From assembly GCA_011046405.1 (NCBI GenBank), contig DSAR01000349.1, positions 1 through 37,231 of the forward strand: DNA of 37,231 nt. Reading direction: 5' to 3'. Made by a program: the position numbers and the translations under genes. This document shows, piece after piece, positions 7,260 to 16,544 of this stretch. The stretch's first letter is position 1. Each line of letters opens with the position of its first letter. The stretch is from Chloroflexota bacterium (GTDB lineage Bacteria; Chloroflexota; Anaerolineae; B4-G1). The notes below the pieces were generated by a model, which was not told where the DNA came from, ran no database searches, and saw only the letters and a program-made list of their open reading frames with translations.

Positions 7260-8831
7260 ATGCCATATACCCACCAACCTGATCCAGGGCAAACGACCCA
7301 AATGACCGACAAGAAAAGTCCCGGATGTTTCACCGGTGTATTCACGGCTTTCCTGTTGTTGGGGTTCATCACCATCGGCGCTTTCGCCTTCTGGACCATC
7401 AAGCAGGTCGTCCTGGCACCTTACGAGACCCGTATCTACCCCAACGTCTACGTGAGCGGCGCAGGTCTCGCCGTTAACCTGGGTGCTTTGACGGTGGAAG
7501 AAGCGAGCGCCGTCCTCTCCGGACATCCCCTCGATGCCACAGCGACGCTCAAATTCAGCGACGGGGAGCACACCTGGGAAATCGCCTGGTCAGATATGGA
7601 GGTACAGTTGGATGCCGGTGCAACAGCCCAGGCTGCCTTTGCCGTCGGCCGGGAGAACCTGGATCTACAAACGTTCATCCACATGCAAAGAGGAAGCTAC
7701 GAAGTTGCGCCCGTTTTCACCCTGGACACCGGCAAAGCACGAATTGCCCTCGAAGATCTGGCGCGCCACGTTGCTCTCGCCCCCATCGACGCCACACTCC
7801 GGTTGGAGGGAGAGACGTTGATCGCCGCGCCGGGCCAACCGGGGCGCGCGCTCGACGTCGAGGCCACGTTGGAAAACGTATCCGCCACCATCACCCACCT
7901 GGGTCCCGATAACCGCTTCGCGCTGAAATTCGTCTCGATACCGCCCCAACAGGTCGACGTCGATGCAGCCAAAGCCCAGGCCGAGGATATGTTGGAGCGC
8001 CAGGTGCAAATCGCCGCGCACGACTGCTTCACAGGCGAAACCTTCGAGTGGACGTTAAAACGCGATACCTTGATCACTTGGCTGCGCGTGGAGGCGGCGG
8101 AAGACGGCAACGGCCCCCTCGTTCGAGTCGATGAGCAAGCTGTCTTCACGACGCTGGAAACGCTGGCCGCTTCGATTGGCGAGGGACGCGGGCTCGACGC
8201 CAACGAGGCGACCCGACAGGTCCTGGAGACCTTCCAGTCCGGCGGCGGCGCGGTGGACCTGAGAGTGACACACCCACCCCGCACGTACACCGTCCAAGCC
8301 GGCGACGACCTCAGCCTCATCGCCCACAAGTTTGGTATGCCGCCGGGCCTGATCGCCGAGGCTAACCCCGGCATTGATCCTGATTGGCTCTTCGTCGGTC
8401 AGGAGATCACCATCCCATCGGAAGACATCCTGCGGCCCTACCGACCGGTACCCGCTAAGCAGATCGAAATCAGCATCGAAGATCAACGCTTGCGGGTCTA
8501 CGAAAACGAGCAATTGCTCCACGATTGGCCCGTGTCGACCGGCATCGCGAGTTCGCCCACTTACGTTGGCCGGTTCCAGGTACTTGGCAAGAACGAGAAC
8601 GCCTACGCCAGCCAATGGGATCTGTGGATGCCTCACTTCATCGCCATCTACCGCGCCGGCGGCGACACGTACAACGGCATTCACGCCCTGCCTATCCTGT
8701 CGAACGGCCAGCGTTTGTGGGAAGGATCGTTAGGTTCGCCTGCTTCCTACGGGTGCATCATTCTGGGGATCGAGGAGGCCGAAACGCTCTTCAATTGGGT
8801 CGAAATCGGCGTGCCGGTGACCGTCGAGTGA
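7260..8831 (+). CDS. L,D-transpeptidase family protein (TM anchor, putative PG-binding repeats, LysM, YkuD)
   Basis: LysM YTVQAGDDLSLIAHKFG...L.VGQEITIP; YkuD PVSTG, GIHALP...SYGC. The start may be ATG 7302. Confidence 0.88.
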   Translation: MPYTHQPDPGQTTQMTDKKSPGCFTGVFTAFLLLGFITIGAFAFWTIKQVVLAPYETRIYPNVYVSGAGLAVNLGALTVEEASAVLSGHPLDATATLKFSDGEHTWEIAWSDMEVQLDAGATAQAAFAVGRENLDLQTFIHMQRGSYEVAPVFTLDTGKARIALEDLARHVALAPIDATLRLEGETLIAAPGQPGRALDVEATLENVSATITHLGPDNRFALKFVSIPPQQVDVDAAKAQAEDMLERQVQIAAHDCFTGETFEWTLKRDTLITWLRVEAAEDGNGPLVRVDEQAVFTTLETLAASIGEGRGLDANEATRQVLETFQSGGGAVDLRVTHPPRTYTVQAGDDLSLIAHKFGMPPGLIAEANPGIDPDWLFVGQEITIPSEDILRPYRPVPAKQIEISIEDQRLRVYENEQLLHDWPVSTGIASSPTYVGRFQVLGKNENAYASQWDLWMPHFIAIYRAGGDTYNGIHALPILSNGQRLWEGSLGSPASYGCIILGIEEAETLFNWVEIGVPVTVE

Positions 8832-8848
8832 CGTGGCGTGTACTCAGT

Positions 8849-8877
8849 TTGACATCATTGCAGAAAACGATTAAAAT
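8849..8877 (+). promoter_or_regulatory. sigma70 promoter of the ABC operon
   Basis: TTGACA-17 bp-TAAAAT. Confidence 0.75.
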
Positions 8878-8886
8878 ACGATAAGC

Positions 8887-8900
8887 CAGGTGTATACCTG
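8887..8900. promoter_or_regulatory. Candidate operator just downstream of the predicted TSS
   Basis: Near-palindrome CAGGTgtatACCTG. Confidence 0.4.
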
Positions 8901-9041
8901 CAACGTATCAGCCTCGTTGTTTTTGGAACCATCTACATCTACAAGATAAGAGCAAGATAAGAGAAAGGAGGTCTCCCACAACACATAAAATCTCGGCTCG
9001 TTTTACTCGCAAAGTCCCTTTTAACCTTAAGGAGGAAAAAC

Positions 9042-10184
9042 GTGTTCAAGAGAACGTTAATGGTTTTGTTGGTAGTGGTAGCGATCGCCAGTCTAGTTGG
9101 TTGCCAACCAAAAGATGCAGAGCCTGCGGCCACAGAGGATTGGAAGATCGGCATCATGACCGGCACTGTAACCCAAAATGAAGAAGAGTTCCGTATGGCT
9201 GAACAGATGCAAGAGAAGTACGGCGCCGACCGCATCCTGATCTCCACCTATCCAGACCGCTTCATGCAAGAGCAGGAGACCACCATCACCAACATGTTGG
9301 AGATGGCCTCCGATCCTGACGTCAAGGCGATCGTCATGGTGCAGGCCGTGCCCGGCACCGTGGCGGCTGTGGACAAGGTGCGGGAGATCCGCCCCGATAT
9401 GTTCTTCGTGTTGGGCGCGCCCCAGGAGGATCCGGACATCATCACCCAGAAGGGTGACATCATCCTCAACACCGACGACCTGGGCCGTGGCCCACAGATC
9501 GCCGAGCACGCCCACGCCATGGGCGCCGAGGTGCTGGTGCACTACTCCTTCCCGCGCCACATGTCTATCGAGTTCCTGGCGCAGCGTCGTCAGATGATGA
9601 AGGATCGCGCCGAAGAACTGGGCATCCTGTTCGTGGATGAGGACGCCCCCGACCCCACCGGCGACGCCGGCGTGCCAGGCACCCAGCAGTTCATCATGGA
9701 AGACGTGCCGCGCAAGATCGCTCAGTACGGCCCCAACACGGCCGTCTTCGGCACCAACTGCGCGATGCAGGAGCCACTCATCCGTCAGGCCGTGGAGTAT
9801 GGCGGCATCTTCCCCGTACAGTGCTGCCCCTCCCCCTACCACGCTATGCCGGCCGCCTTGGGCATCGAGGTGCCCGAGGAACACAAGGGTGACGTCGTGT
9901 GGATACTGGGACAGATCAACGATAAGGTCTGCGACGCCGGTGCAGCGGGCCGCGTCGCGACCTGGCCTGCTCCCGTCAACATGATGTTCATCCAGGCGGG
10001 CGTGGAATATGCCATCGACTGGATCAACGGGGATATTACAGAGCGTGTGGATCAGGCCGCTCTGGTCAATATCATGGAGGGCATTCTCAAGGAGATGGGT
10101 GTCAGTGGCAGTGTGCAACTGACGCCATACGAGGGCACAGACAACTACTTCCTCTACCTCTCCGACCACATCATCTTCGAGTAA
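9042..10184 (+). CDS. ABC transporter substrate-binding lipoprotein, DUF3798-like
   Basis: Lipobox LVGC; motifs KIGIMTGTVTQNEEEFR, TYPDRFMQEQETTI, HYSFPRHMS and TNCAMQEPL; GTG start with AAGGAGG RBS. Confidence 0.85.
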   Translation: MFKRTLMVLLVVVAIASLVGCQPKDAEPAATEDWKIGIMTGTVTQNEEEFRMAEQMQEKYGADRILISTYPDRFMQEQETTITNMLEMASDPDVKAIVMVQAVPGTVAAVDKVREIRPDMFFVLGAPQEDPDIITQKGDIILNTDDLGRGPQIAEHAHAMGAEVLVHYSFPRHMSIEFLAQRRQMMKDRAEELGILFVDEDAPDPTGDAGVPGTQQFIMEDVPRKIAQYGPNTAVFGTNCAMQEPLIRQAVEYGGIFPVQCCPSPYHAMPAALGIEVPEEHKGDVVWILGQINDKVCDAGAAGRVATWPAPVNMMFIQAGVEYAIDWINGDITERVDQAALVNIMEGILKEMGVSGSVQLTPYEGTDNYFLYLSDHIIFE

Positions 10185-10229
10185 CCGAGTAACCCTTGTT
10201 GGAGATGACATCCGACGTGTAAGGTAAAA

Positions 10230-10313
10230 CGTGAGGTTGCCGGTCGACCGGCAGCCTCACGCTTTGGGTAGGGCTGTTAGTCCGCCCAGATGCGCGGACT
10301 TAACAGCCCACCC
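10230..10313 (+). terminator. Two tandem stem-loops between the SBP and ATPase genes (partial terminator or mRNA stabiliser)
   Basis: cgtgaggttgccggt/accggcagcctcacg (10230-10261) followed by cttt; gggctgttagtccgc/gcggacttaacagccc (within 10266-10313). Confidence 0.6.
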
Positions 10314-10336
10314 TTATCATTTTCAGAGGAGGAGGT

Positions 10337-11935
10337 ATGACAGAACAACCTCTGTTGTCCATGCACGGTATCAACAAGAGCTATTATGGCACCCAGGTCT
10401 TGCAAGACATCGATCTCACGCTCCGGGCGGGAGAAATCCACGCCATCGTGGGTGAAAACGGCGCCGGCAAATCGACCCTGATGAACATTCTGTTTGGGAT
10501 GCCCGTGATCCACGAAACCGGCGGTTACCAGGGAGAGATTCTCTTCGAGGGGCAGCGAGCCGACATCCTGTCGCCTCACATGGCGATGGAATTGGGCATT
10601 GGGATGGTACACCAGGAATTCATGCTGTTGCCCGAGTACACGATCACGGAGAACATCAAGCTCAACCGGGAAATACTCAAAGACAATCCCCTGAGCCGGA
10701 TCTTTGGCGAGCAATTGAAATTGCTGGACGTGAAGGCGATGCGAGCCGACGCCCGCCGGGCATTAGACAGCCTCGACATTGGGATCGAGGAGTACGTCAA
10801 GGTGGCAGGCTTGCCTGTGGGCTACATGCAATTCACCGAAATCGCCCGCGAGATCGACAAGACCAACATCAAGCTCATCGTCTTCGACGAACCTACGGCC
10901 GTCCTGGCCGAGAGCGAAGCGGCCCACCTGTTGGAGGCGATGCAGCGGATCGCTGCCCAGGGCATAGCCATCCTGTTCATCACCCACCGCCTGGACGAGG
11001 TGATGGAAGTCGCCGAGAACATCACCGTGTTACGGGATGGACGCCTGGTAGCGACCAAGTCCAGGGAGGAGACAAGCATCTACGAGTTGGCCGAATTGAT
11101 GGTCGGCCGCAAAATAGAAAAACTGTCCCTCAGAGCAGAACAGCCGTCCAACGGCAAGGTCGCCTTGAGCATCCGGGATCTGGTGGTCGAGATGCCTGGC
11201 GAGGAGGTCAAGCGACTCGATCTCGAGGTGCGCCAGGGTGAGATTCTCGGCATCGGCGGGTTGGCAGGACAGGGCAAGGTCGGCATTGCCAATGGCATTA
11301 TGGGACTTTATCCAGCCCGAGGTACTGTCCAGGTGAACGGTTCTCCCCTTCAGTTGAACGACACACCCACATCCATCGCGCGCGGGCTGGCCTTCGTCTC
11401 GGAGGACCGTCGCGGCGTGGGACTGCTGCTCGACGCGTCTATCGAGATGAATATCGCCATCACCGCGATGCAGAACCAGGACCGCTTCATTCGCAAATTT
11501 GGCTTTCTCACCCAGATCGACGGGCGCGCGATGCGCGAACACGCGTCGAAGATGATCGAAGATCTCGACATCCGTTGTACCGGTCCGACCCAGATCGTCC
11601 GGCGGCTCAGCGGCGGCAACCAGCAAAAAGTCTGCGTCGCGCGCGCGCTGACGCTGGAACCGGAGATCCTGTTCGTGTCGGAACCCACGCGGGGTATCGA
11701 CGTGGGCGCCAAACGCCTGGTGTTGGAGACGTTAATTCAACTGAATACCGAGGAGGGTATGACCATCGTGATGACATCCAGTGAATTGGGCGAGTTGCGC
11801 AGCGTGTGCGATCGCATCGCCATCATCTCCGAGGGACAACTCGCCGGCATCCTGAAACCGGACGATTCGGACGTGGATTTCGGTCTGCTCATGGCCGGAC
11901 AAAAAAAGCAGGCAAGGAGCATAGGACATGGGTAA
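10337..11935 (+). CDS. Sugar/nucleoside-type (CUT2) ABC transporter ATP-binding protein with two NBDs
   Basis: Motifs GENGAGKST, FDEPT, ITHRLDE, SEDRR, LSGGNQQK and EPTRGIDVGAK. Confidence 0.93.
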   Translation: MTEQPLLSMHGINKSYYGTQVLQDIDLTLRAGEIHAIVGENGAGKSTLMNILFGMPVIHETGGYQGEILFEGQRADILSPHMAMELGIGMVHQEFMLLPEYTITENIKLNREILKDNPLSRIFGEQLKLLDVKAMRADARRALDSLDIGIEEYVKVAGLPVGYMQFTEIAREIDKTNIKLIVFDEPTAVLAESEAAHLLEAMQRIAAQGIAILFITHRLDEVMEVAENITVLRDGRLVATKSREETSIYELAELMVGRKIEKLSLRAEQPSNGKVALSIRDLVVEMPGEEVKRLDLEVRQGEILGIGGLAGQGKVGIANGIMGLYPARGTVQVNGSPLQLNDTPTSIARGLAFVSEDRRGVGLLLDASIEMNIAITAMQNQDRFIRKFGFLTQIDGRAMREHASKMIEDLDIRCTGPTQIVRRLSGGNQQKVCVARALTLEPEILFVSEPTRGIDVGAKRLVLETLIQLNTEEGMTIVMTSSELGELRSVCDRIAIISEGQLAGILKPDDSDVDFGLLMAGQKKQARSIGHG

Positions 11936-12989
11936 ATACATCAAGGAATTCGTGCGGAATTTCGGACTCCCCAGATTGATCATTCTGGGCTTCTTCATCT
12001 TCCTGTGTGTGCTTGCTCTGGTCCTGGGGTTGGACTTTGCCGAACTGATGAGCTCGAGCCTCGTGCGCATCGGTATGAACGGGGTGCTGGTTCTGGCGAT
12101 GCTGCCGGCGATTGTGAGCGGCATCGGTCCTAACTTCGGCGTATCCCTGGGCATCCTGTGCGGCCTGATCGGTTCGCTGATGGCTATCGAGTTCAGACTG
12201 GACGGTTTCGCCAACTTATTTGCCGCCATCCTCTTCTCCATGCCGTTCGCGGTTGCCGTGGGCTACGGCTATGGGTGGTTGTTGAACCGAGTCAAGGGGT
12301 CCGAGATGATGCTGGCGACCTTTGTAGGCTTCTCCACGGTCTCCGTCATGAAGATCGCCTGGTTGATCCTGCCTTTCAAAAGCCCCGAGATGGCATGGCC
12401 GATCGGACGGGGCCTGCGCGTCACCGTCTCACTCGAAAATCGACAACTCTCACAACTCCTGAACAACTTTCTGGCTTTCGAAATCGGCGGCATCGTGATC
12501 CCCACCGGCTTGTTGCTCTTTTTCCTGGCTTGTTGCCTGTTGATGTGGCTGTTCATGCGCTCCAAGGCTGGCGTCAGTATGTCTACGGCGGGCAGCAATC
12601 CGCGCTTTGCAGAGGCTGCGGGCATCGACGTGAACCAGAACCGGATTCTGGGTACCATCGTCTCCACGATTTTGGGCGCCGTGGGCATCCTGGTCTATGC
12701 ACAGAGCTACGGCTTTCTCCAACTCTACGAGGGGCCAATGTTCATGCCCTTCGTGGCAGTCGCCGCCATCCTCATTGGCGGCGCGTCCATCCGGAAGGCA
12801 ACTATCGCTCACGTGATCATCGGCGTCTTCCTCTTCCAGGGCATTTTGGTGGTGGCGATGCCCGTCGCCAATACGATCACCACCGTCTTCCCCACGGATA
12901 TGACCAGTATGGCGGAGATATCACGCATCATCATCCAGAACGGGATCATTCTCTACGCATTGACACAGACCGGAGGAGAGCAAGCATGA
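11928..12989 (+). CDS. ABC transporter permease
   Basis: Multi-TM protein with G.NPRFAEAAGI and AAILIGGA; overlaps the ATPase stop. Confidence 0.9.
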   Translation: MGKYIKEFVRNFGLPRLIILGFFIFLCVLALVLGLDFAELMSSSLVRIGMNGVLVLAMLPAIVSGIGPNFGVSLGILCGLIGSLMAIEFRLDGFANLFAAILFSMPFAVAVGYGYGWLLNRVKGSEMMLATFVGFSTVSVMKIAWLILPFKSPEMAWPIGRGLRVTVSLENRQLSQLLNNFLAFEIGGIVIPTGLLLFFLACCLLMWLFMRSKAGVSMSTAGSNPRFAEAAGIDVNQNRILGTIVSTILGAVGILVYAQSYGFLQLYEGPMFMPFVAVAAILIGGASIRKATIAHVIIGVFLFQGILVVAMPVANTITTVFPTDMTSMAEISRIIIQNGIILYALTQTGGEQA

Positions 12990-14275
12990 GTATCCAAGAG
13001 CGTATCACATCTATGCTGGGACCAGAGTTCGATTTTAAGCGGACGTTGGTGCAATTCTTGACCAAAAATATGGTCACGATCATGTTCGTCGTCCTCAGCC
13101 TGGCGGGGCTGTACGTCTCTGGACTGAACGCGCTCCTTTACGTCACGGACATCATCTCTCGCGTGTCGCGCAATTCCTTCCTGGTACTGTCGTTGATCGT
13201 CCCTGTCATCGCCGGGATGGGACTGAACTTCTCTATCGTCTTGGGCGCGATGGCGGCGCAGGCAGTCATCATCTTCGTCTCCCATTGGGGGATCACCGGT
13301 TTTCCCGGGATTTTGTTGTGTGTGGTGCTGGTGACGCCGTTGGCGATCTTGCTTGGCACGTTGACCGGCAAGCTCTTCAATCGCACCAAGGGGCAGGAGA
13401 TGATCACCGGCCTGATCCTGGGCTTCTTCGCCGCCGGCTGGTACCAATTCATCTTCCTGCAACTGGTGGGCGGCATCATTCCCATGGACAACGACGTGTT
13501 GGTGCTCAGCTCCGGGATTGGGATCCGGACGACGGTGGACCTCTCCAAGGGTCTGAAATACGGCCTGGACGACGTTCTCCGGATCAATTTGCCGACGCTG
13601 TTGATCATCACGGGCCTCATTGGTCTGGGGATACAGGGTTACCGTTTCTTCAAGTCGAACGATGGCAATCGCAGCAAATCCCGCCTGATTCTGGACAGCG
13701 CTATCCCGATCGGCGCGATTGCTTGGGCCGCGTGGCTGCTGATCAGCCAATCCTTGCTCCAGAACGTCTTGATTCCCGCCGGAACGTGGTTGGCGATCGC
13801 TGGCCTATGCCTTTTCCTTTTCTTTCTCTCCAAGACCAAGTTGGGCCAGGATATGCGCTCCGTGGGGCAGGATCGTCACGTGGCCGAGGTATCTGGCATT
13901 CCGGTGGAAAACATTCGCGTCAAGGCCATCGTCTTCTCCACGGTCTTCGCCGCGTGGGGCCACATTATCTTCCTGCAAAACATGGGCGCCTTCAGCACCT
14001 ACGGTAGCCACGAGCAGGTGGGTCTTTACGCGACGGCCGCGATCTTGATCGGCGGGGCTACCGTAACCAAGGCCACCATCGGGCAGGCATTGCTGGGCGT
14101 CTTCCTGTTCCACACCCTCTTCATCGTCTCACCCGCTGCGGGGCGACAGCTCTTTGGCGATGCCCAGATCGGCGAATACTTCCGCGTCTTCGTAGCTTAC
14201 GGCGTCATCGGTGTGACCCTGGCGATGCACGCCTGGAAAAAGCTACTGCAACGCCAGCAGGGCCACGTGGAGTAA
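12986..14275 (+). CDS. ABC transporter permease 2
   Basis: True start is ATG 12986 (ATGA overlap, GGAGG RBS); motifs GMGLNF, TKLGQDMRSVGQD and AAILIGGA. Confidence 0.9.
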   Translation: MSIQERITSMLGPEFDFKRTLVQFLTKNMVTIMFVVLSLAGLYVSGLNALLYVTDIISRVSRNSFLVLSLIVPVIAGMGLNFSIVLGAMAAQAVIIFVSHWGITGFPGILLCVVLVTPLAILLGTLTGKLFNRTKGQEMITGLILGFFAAGWYQFIFLQLVGGIIPMDNDVLVLSSGIGIRTTVDLSKGLKYGLDDVLRINLPTLLIITGLIGLGIQGYRFFKSNDGNRSKSRLILDSAIPIGAIAWAAWLLISQSLLQNVLIPAGTWLAIAGLCLFLFFLSKTKLGQDMRSVGQDRHVAEVSGIPVENIRVKAIVFSTVFAAWGHIIFLQNMGAFSTYGSHEQVGLYATAAILIGGATVTKATIGQALLGVFLFHTLFIVSPAAGRQLFGDAQIGEYFRVFVAYGVIGVTLAMHAWKKLLQRQQGHVE

Positions 14276-14313
14276 AGCAGACTGTAACACAGCGATGGGA
14301 AGTAACGGAGCAA

Positions 14314-15177
14314 ATGAAAACCTTTGCCGTACTACAGCTCAGCGGTTGTGCTGGTTGCGAGGTATCGCTCCTCAATTCCAAGGCGTGGATCCAACAGTAT
14401 AGATTGCTCTATCTACCTCTGGTGAGCTCGACCTACGAGGTCCCAGAGGTAGAGGTGCTGTTGGTGAGCGGGGGTGTGCGCAACGATGAAGACCTCTACA
14501 ATCTACAACGGGCTGTGCGGCGAGCGGGACGAGTCGTCGCCGTGGGTACGTGCGCTATCTCGGGGGGCGTGCCTAGCCTGGGCGACCGGGCGGAGGTGCG
14601 AGAGATGTTCATCGCCGAGGAGAGACGGCGTCACGTGCCGCACCTGTTGCCCCAGTGCCGCCCCATCGATACGGCCGTGGCGGTAGACCTATACCTGCCA
14701 GGATGCCCGCCGACGCCGGAACTTCTCATGGGGGCGCTGACCGGACCGGAGGCCTTTCAAGCCTCCCGACTCGTCTGCCAGGAGTGCGGGCGCAAAAAAC
14801 TCAAAGATATGCGCCCCAAACGCCTGCTCGGCTTCCAGCAAGGCGAGGTCTTGCCCGACATCTGCCTCATCAATCAGGGCTTTCTGTGTGTCGGCTCTTC
14901 AACCAGGGGCGGTTGCCGCGCTCCCTGCCCCCGCGCGGGTCACCCTTGTGTGGGTTGCCGGGGCCCCACCAATGCGCTGATCGATCAACAATCAGCGGTC
15001 TGGTTCACGCTCATCCAACGCGTCTTCGATACACTGACCGACATTCCCCGGGAAGAGATCGAGGCTGGCCTGCGCTCGCCCCAGTACGCCCTGTTCCTGT
15101 TTCAATTTGCCGACTATTTTGGGCCAGTCCACGTAGAGGGAGGCGGCAAACCCCGGCCCAAGGAAAAGGTGTTGTGA
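14314..15177 (+). CDS. [NiFe]-hydrogenase small subunit, MvhG-like (group 3c-like)
   Basis: Motifs GCAGC, GTCA, LPGCPP, VCQECGRK, CLINQGFLCVG and GCRAPCP...PCVGCRGP; no Tat signal. Confidence 0.85.
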   Translation: MKTFAVLQLSGCAGCEVSLLNSKAWIQQYRLLYLPLVSSTYEVPEVEVLLVSGGVRNDEDLYNLQRAVRRAGRVVAVGTCAISGGVPSLGDRAEVREMFIAEERRRHVPHLLPQCRPIDTAVAVDLYLPGCPPTPELLMGALTGPEAFQASRLVCQECGRKKLKDMRPKRLLGFQQGEVLPDICLINQGFLCVGSSTRGGCRAPCPRAGHPCVGCRGPTNALIDQQSAVWFTLIQRVFDTLTDIPREEIEAGLRSPQYALFLFQFADYFGPVHVEGGGKPRPKEKVL

Positions 15178-15178
15178 C

Positions 15179-16498
15179 GTGCCGACTTTGACGTTTCCAT
15201 TAAGCCGCATCGAGGGCCACGCCCAGGTCGTCATCGAGGTGCAGGCCGGCGAAGTGCTCGCCACACACTTCCAAGCGACCGAGTTCCGGGGATTCAAGCA
15301 CCTGGTCCAGGGGATTCCAGCCGAGCAGATGGTCGTCATCGTGCCCCGCATCTGCGGCGTCTGCTCGACGGCGCACCACCTGGCGGCAGTCAAGGCGTTG
15401 GAAGATATCTATGACGTCGCTCCCCCCCCGTTGGCGTGTGAGATTCGGGAACTGTTGATGCTGGGGCAAATTGTGCAAAATCAGGCTACTTCTCTCTTCA
15501 TCTTCACTATGCCCGACCGCTTGGGCGTCTCTAGCATCTACCAGTTGGCCCAGCGAGAGGGGGATGAGGCCGACACGCTAAGATCTCAAATCGCCACCCA
15601 GGCGCTGCGGGTGCGGGCAGCTGGCACACATTTGATCACCCTGGCGGGCGGACAGTTCATCCATCCGGTCAAGGCGGTCGTCGGTGGCGTAATCAGCGGC
15701 GTGAGCGAGGGGCAATCTGCCAATATGCGCGACGAGGTGCTGGAGTCGCTGCCTATAGCGCGCCAGTTGTTCGATTACTATTGGGAGCAATCGGTAGCCC
15801 TCAAAGAGCGCATCGGCACCTGGGGCGACGATCAGCCGGCATGTTACATCGCCGCCATCGAAGACACGTGTCCCGACTACACCGGGGCCGACATCCGGGT
15901 GATGGACGTCGATGGGCGGGTAAGCGCTCGTTTCCCTCCACGGGATTTCCAGCACTATCTCTCTTACGAGGAGACTGACTACAGTTATGCCGGCCGGACC
16001 AGCTACAGGGGAGCGATGATGCGCGCCAATAGCCTGGCGCGGATCAATATGACCAAGTCGATGGGGACGCCGCTGGCCGACGAGTACCTGGCCCGTTTCC
16101 GGGATACGTTCGGCCAGCCGGCCCACGCGATTCTCCTATTCGATCTGGCACGAGGGATCGAACTGGTCTATGCGCTGGAGCGGGCGGCTGAAATCCTGGG
16201 CCAACGACTGGATGGAGAGGATACCGCCGTCGCTTACACCCCTCGTGACGGGGAGGGCTACGGCCTGGTCGAGGCCCCGCGCGGCCCCCTGATCCATCAT
16301 TACGTCGTCCGAGATGGTTTGATCGAGCAGGCCGCGTTTGTCATCCCCACGGTGCACAACGTGTTGGCCATCGAGCGGGCATTGCGCGTGGCAGCCGAGC
16401 GCTACATCACCCCAGACCGGGTAGATATGGAGTTGGAGCGCGCCGTTGGGCGAGTGGTGCGCGCATTCGACCCATGCATCGCCTGCGCGACCCATTGA
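15179..16498 (+). CDS. [NiFe]-hydrogenase large subunit, MvhA-like, without a C-terminal extension
   Basis: RIEGH, L1 motif PRICGVC, HP...VGG, EAPRG, and L2 motif DPCIACATH followed immediately by TGA. Confidence 0.88.
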   Translation: MPTLTFPLSRIEGHAQVVIEVQAGEVLATHFQATEFRGFKHLVQGIPAEQMVVIVPRICGVCSTAHHLAAVKALEDIYDVAPPPLACEIRELLMLGQIVQNQATSLFIFTMPDRLGVSSIYQLAQREGDEADTLRSQIATQALRVRAAGTHLITLAGGQFIHPVKAVVGGVISGVSEGQSANMRDEVLESLPIARQLFDYYWEQSVALKERIGTWGDDQPACYIAAIEDTCPDYTGADIRVMDVDGRVSARFPPRDFQHYLSYEETDYSYAGRTSYRGAMMRANSLARINMTKSMGTPLADEYLARFRDTFGQPAHAILLFDLARGIELVYALERAAEILGQRLDGEDTAVAYTPRDGEGYGLVEAPRGPLIHHYVVRDGLIEQAAFVIPTVHNVLAIERALRVAAERYITPDRVDMELERAVGRVVRAFDPCIACATH

Positions 16499-16500
16499 CA

Positions 16501-16535
16501 CATGGGCACATTGGCATGGGCACATTGGTATGGGC
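16501..16535. repeat. 14-bp tandem repeat between convergent stop codons
   Basis: catgggcacattgg x2 plus tatgggc. Confidence 0.8.
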
Positions 16536-16544
16536 GACCTATCG

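Noticed and set aside
9093-10211. 372-aa minus-strand ORF
   Set aside because: Antisense shadow of the SBP gene, with no motifs.
12158-12985. 705-aa permease with a long N-terminal domain
   Set aside because: The first 276 codons overlap permease 1 out of frame; the real start is 12986.
16496-16498. TGA as selenocysteine or read-through restoring a hydrogenase extension
   Set aside because: The TGA follows the terminal His rather than a Cys position, there is no SECIS-like hairpin, and the read-through peptide is just the repeat.
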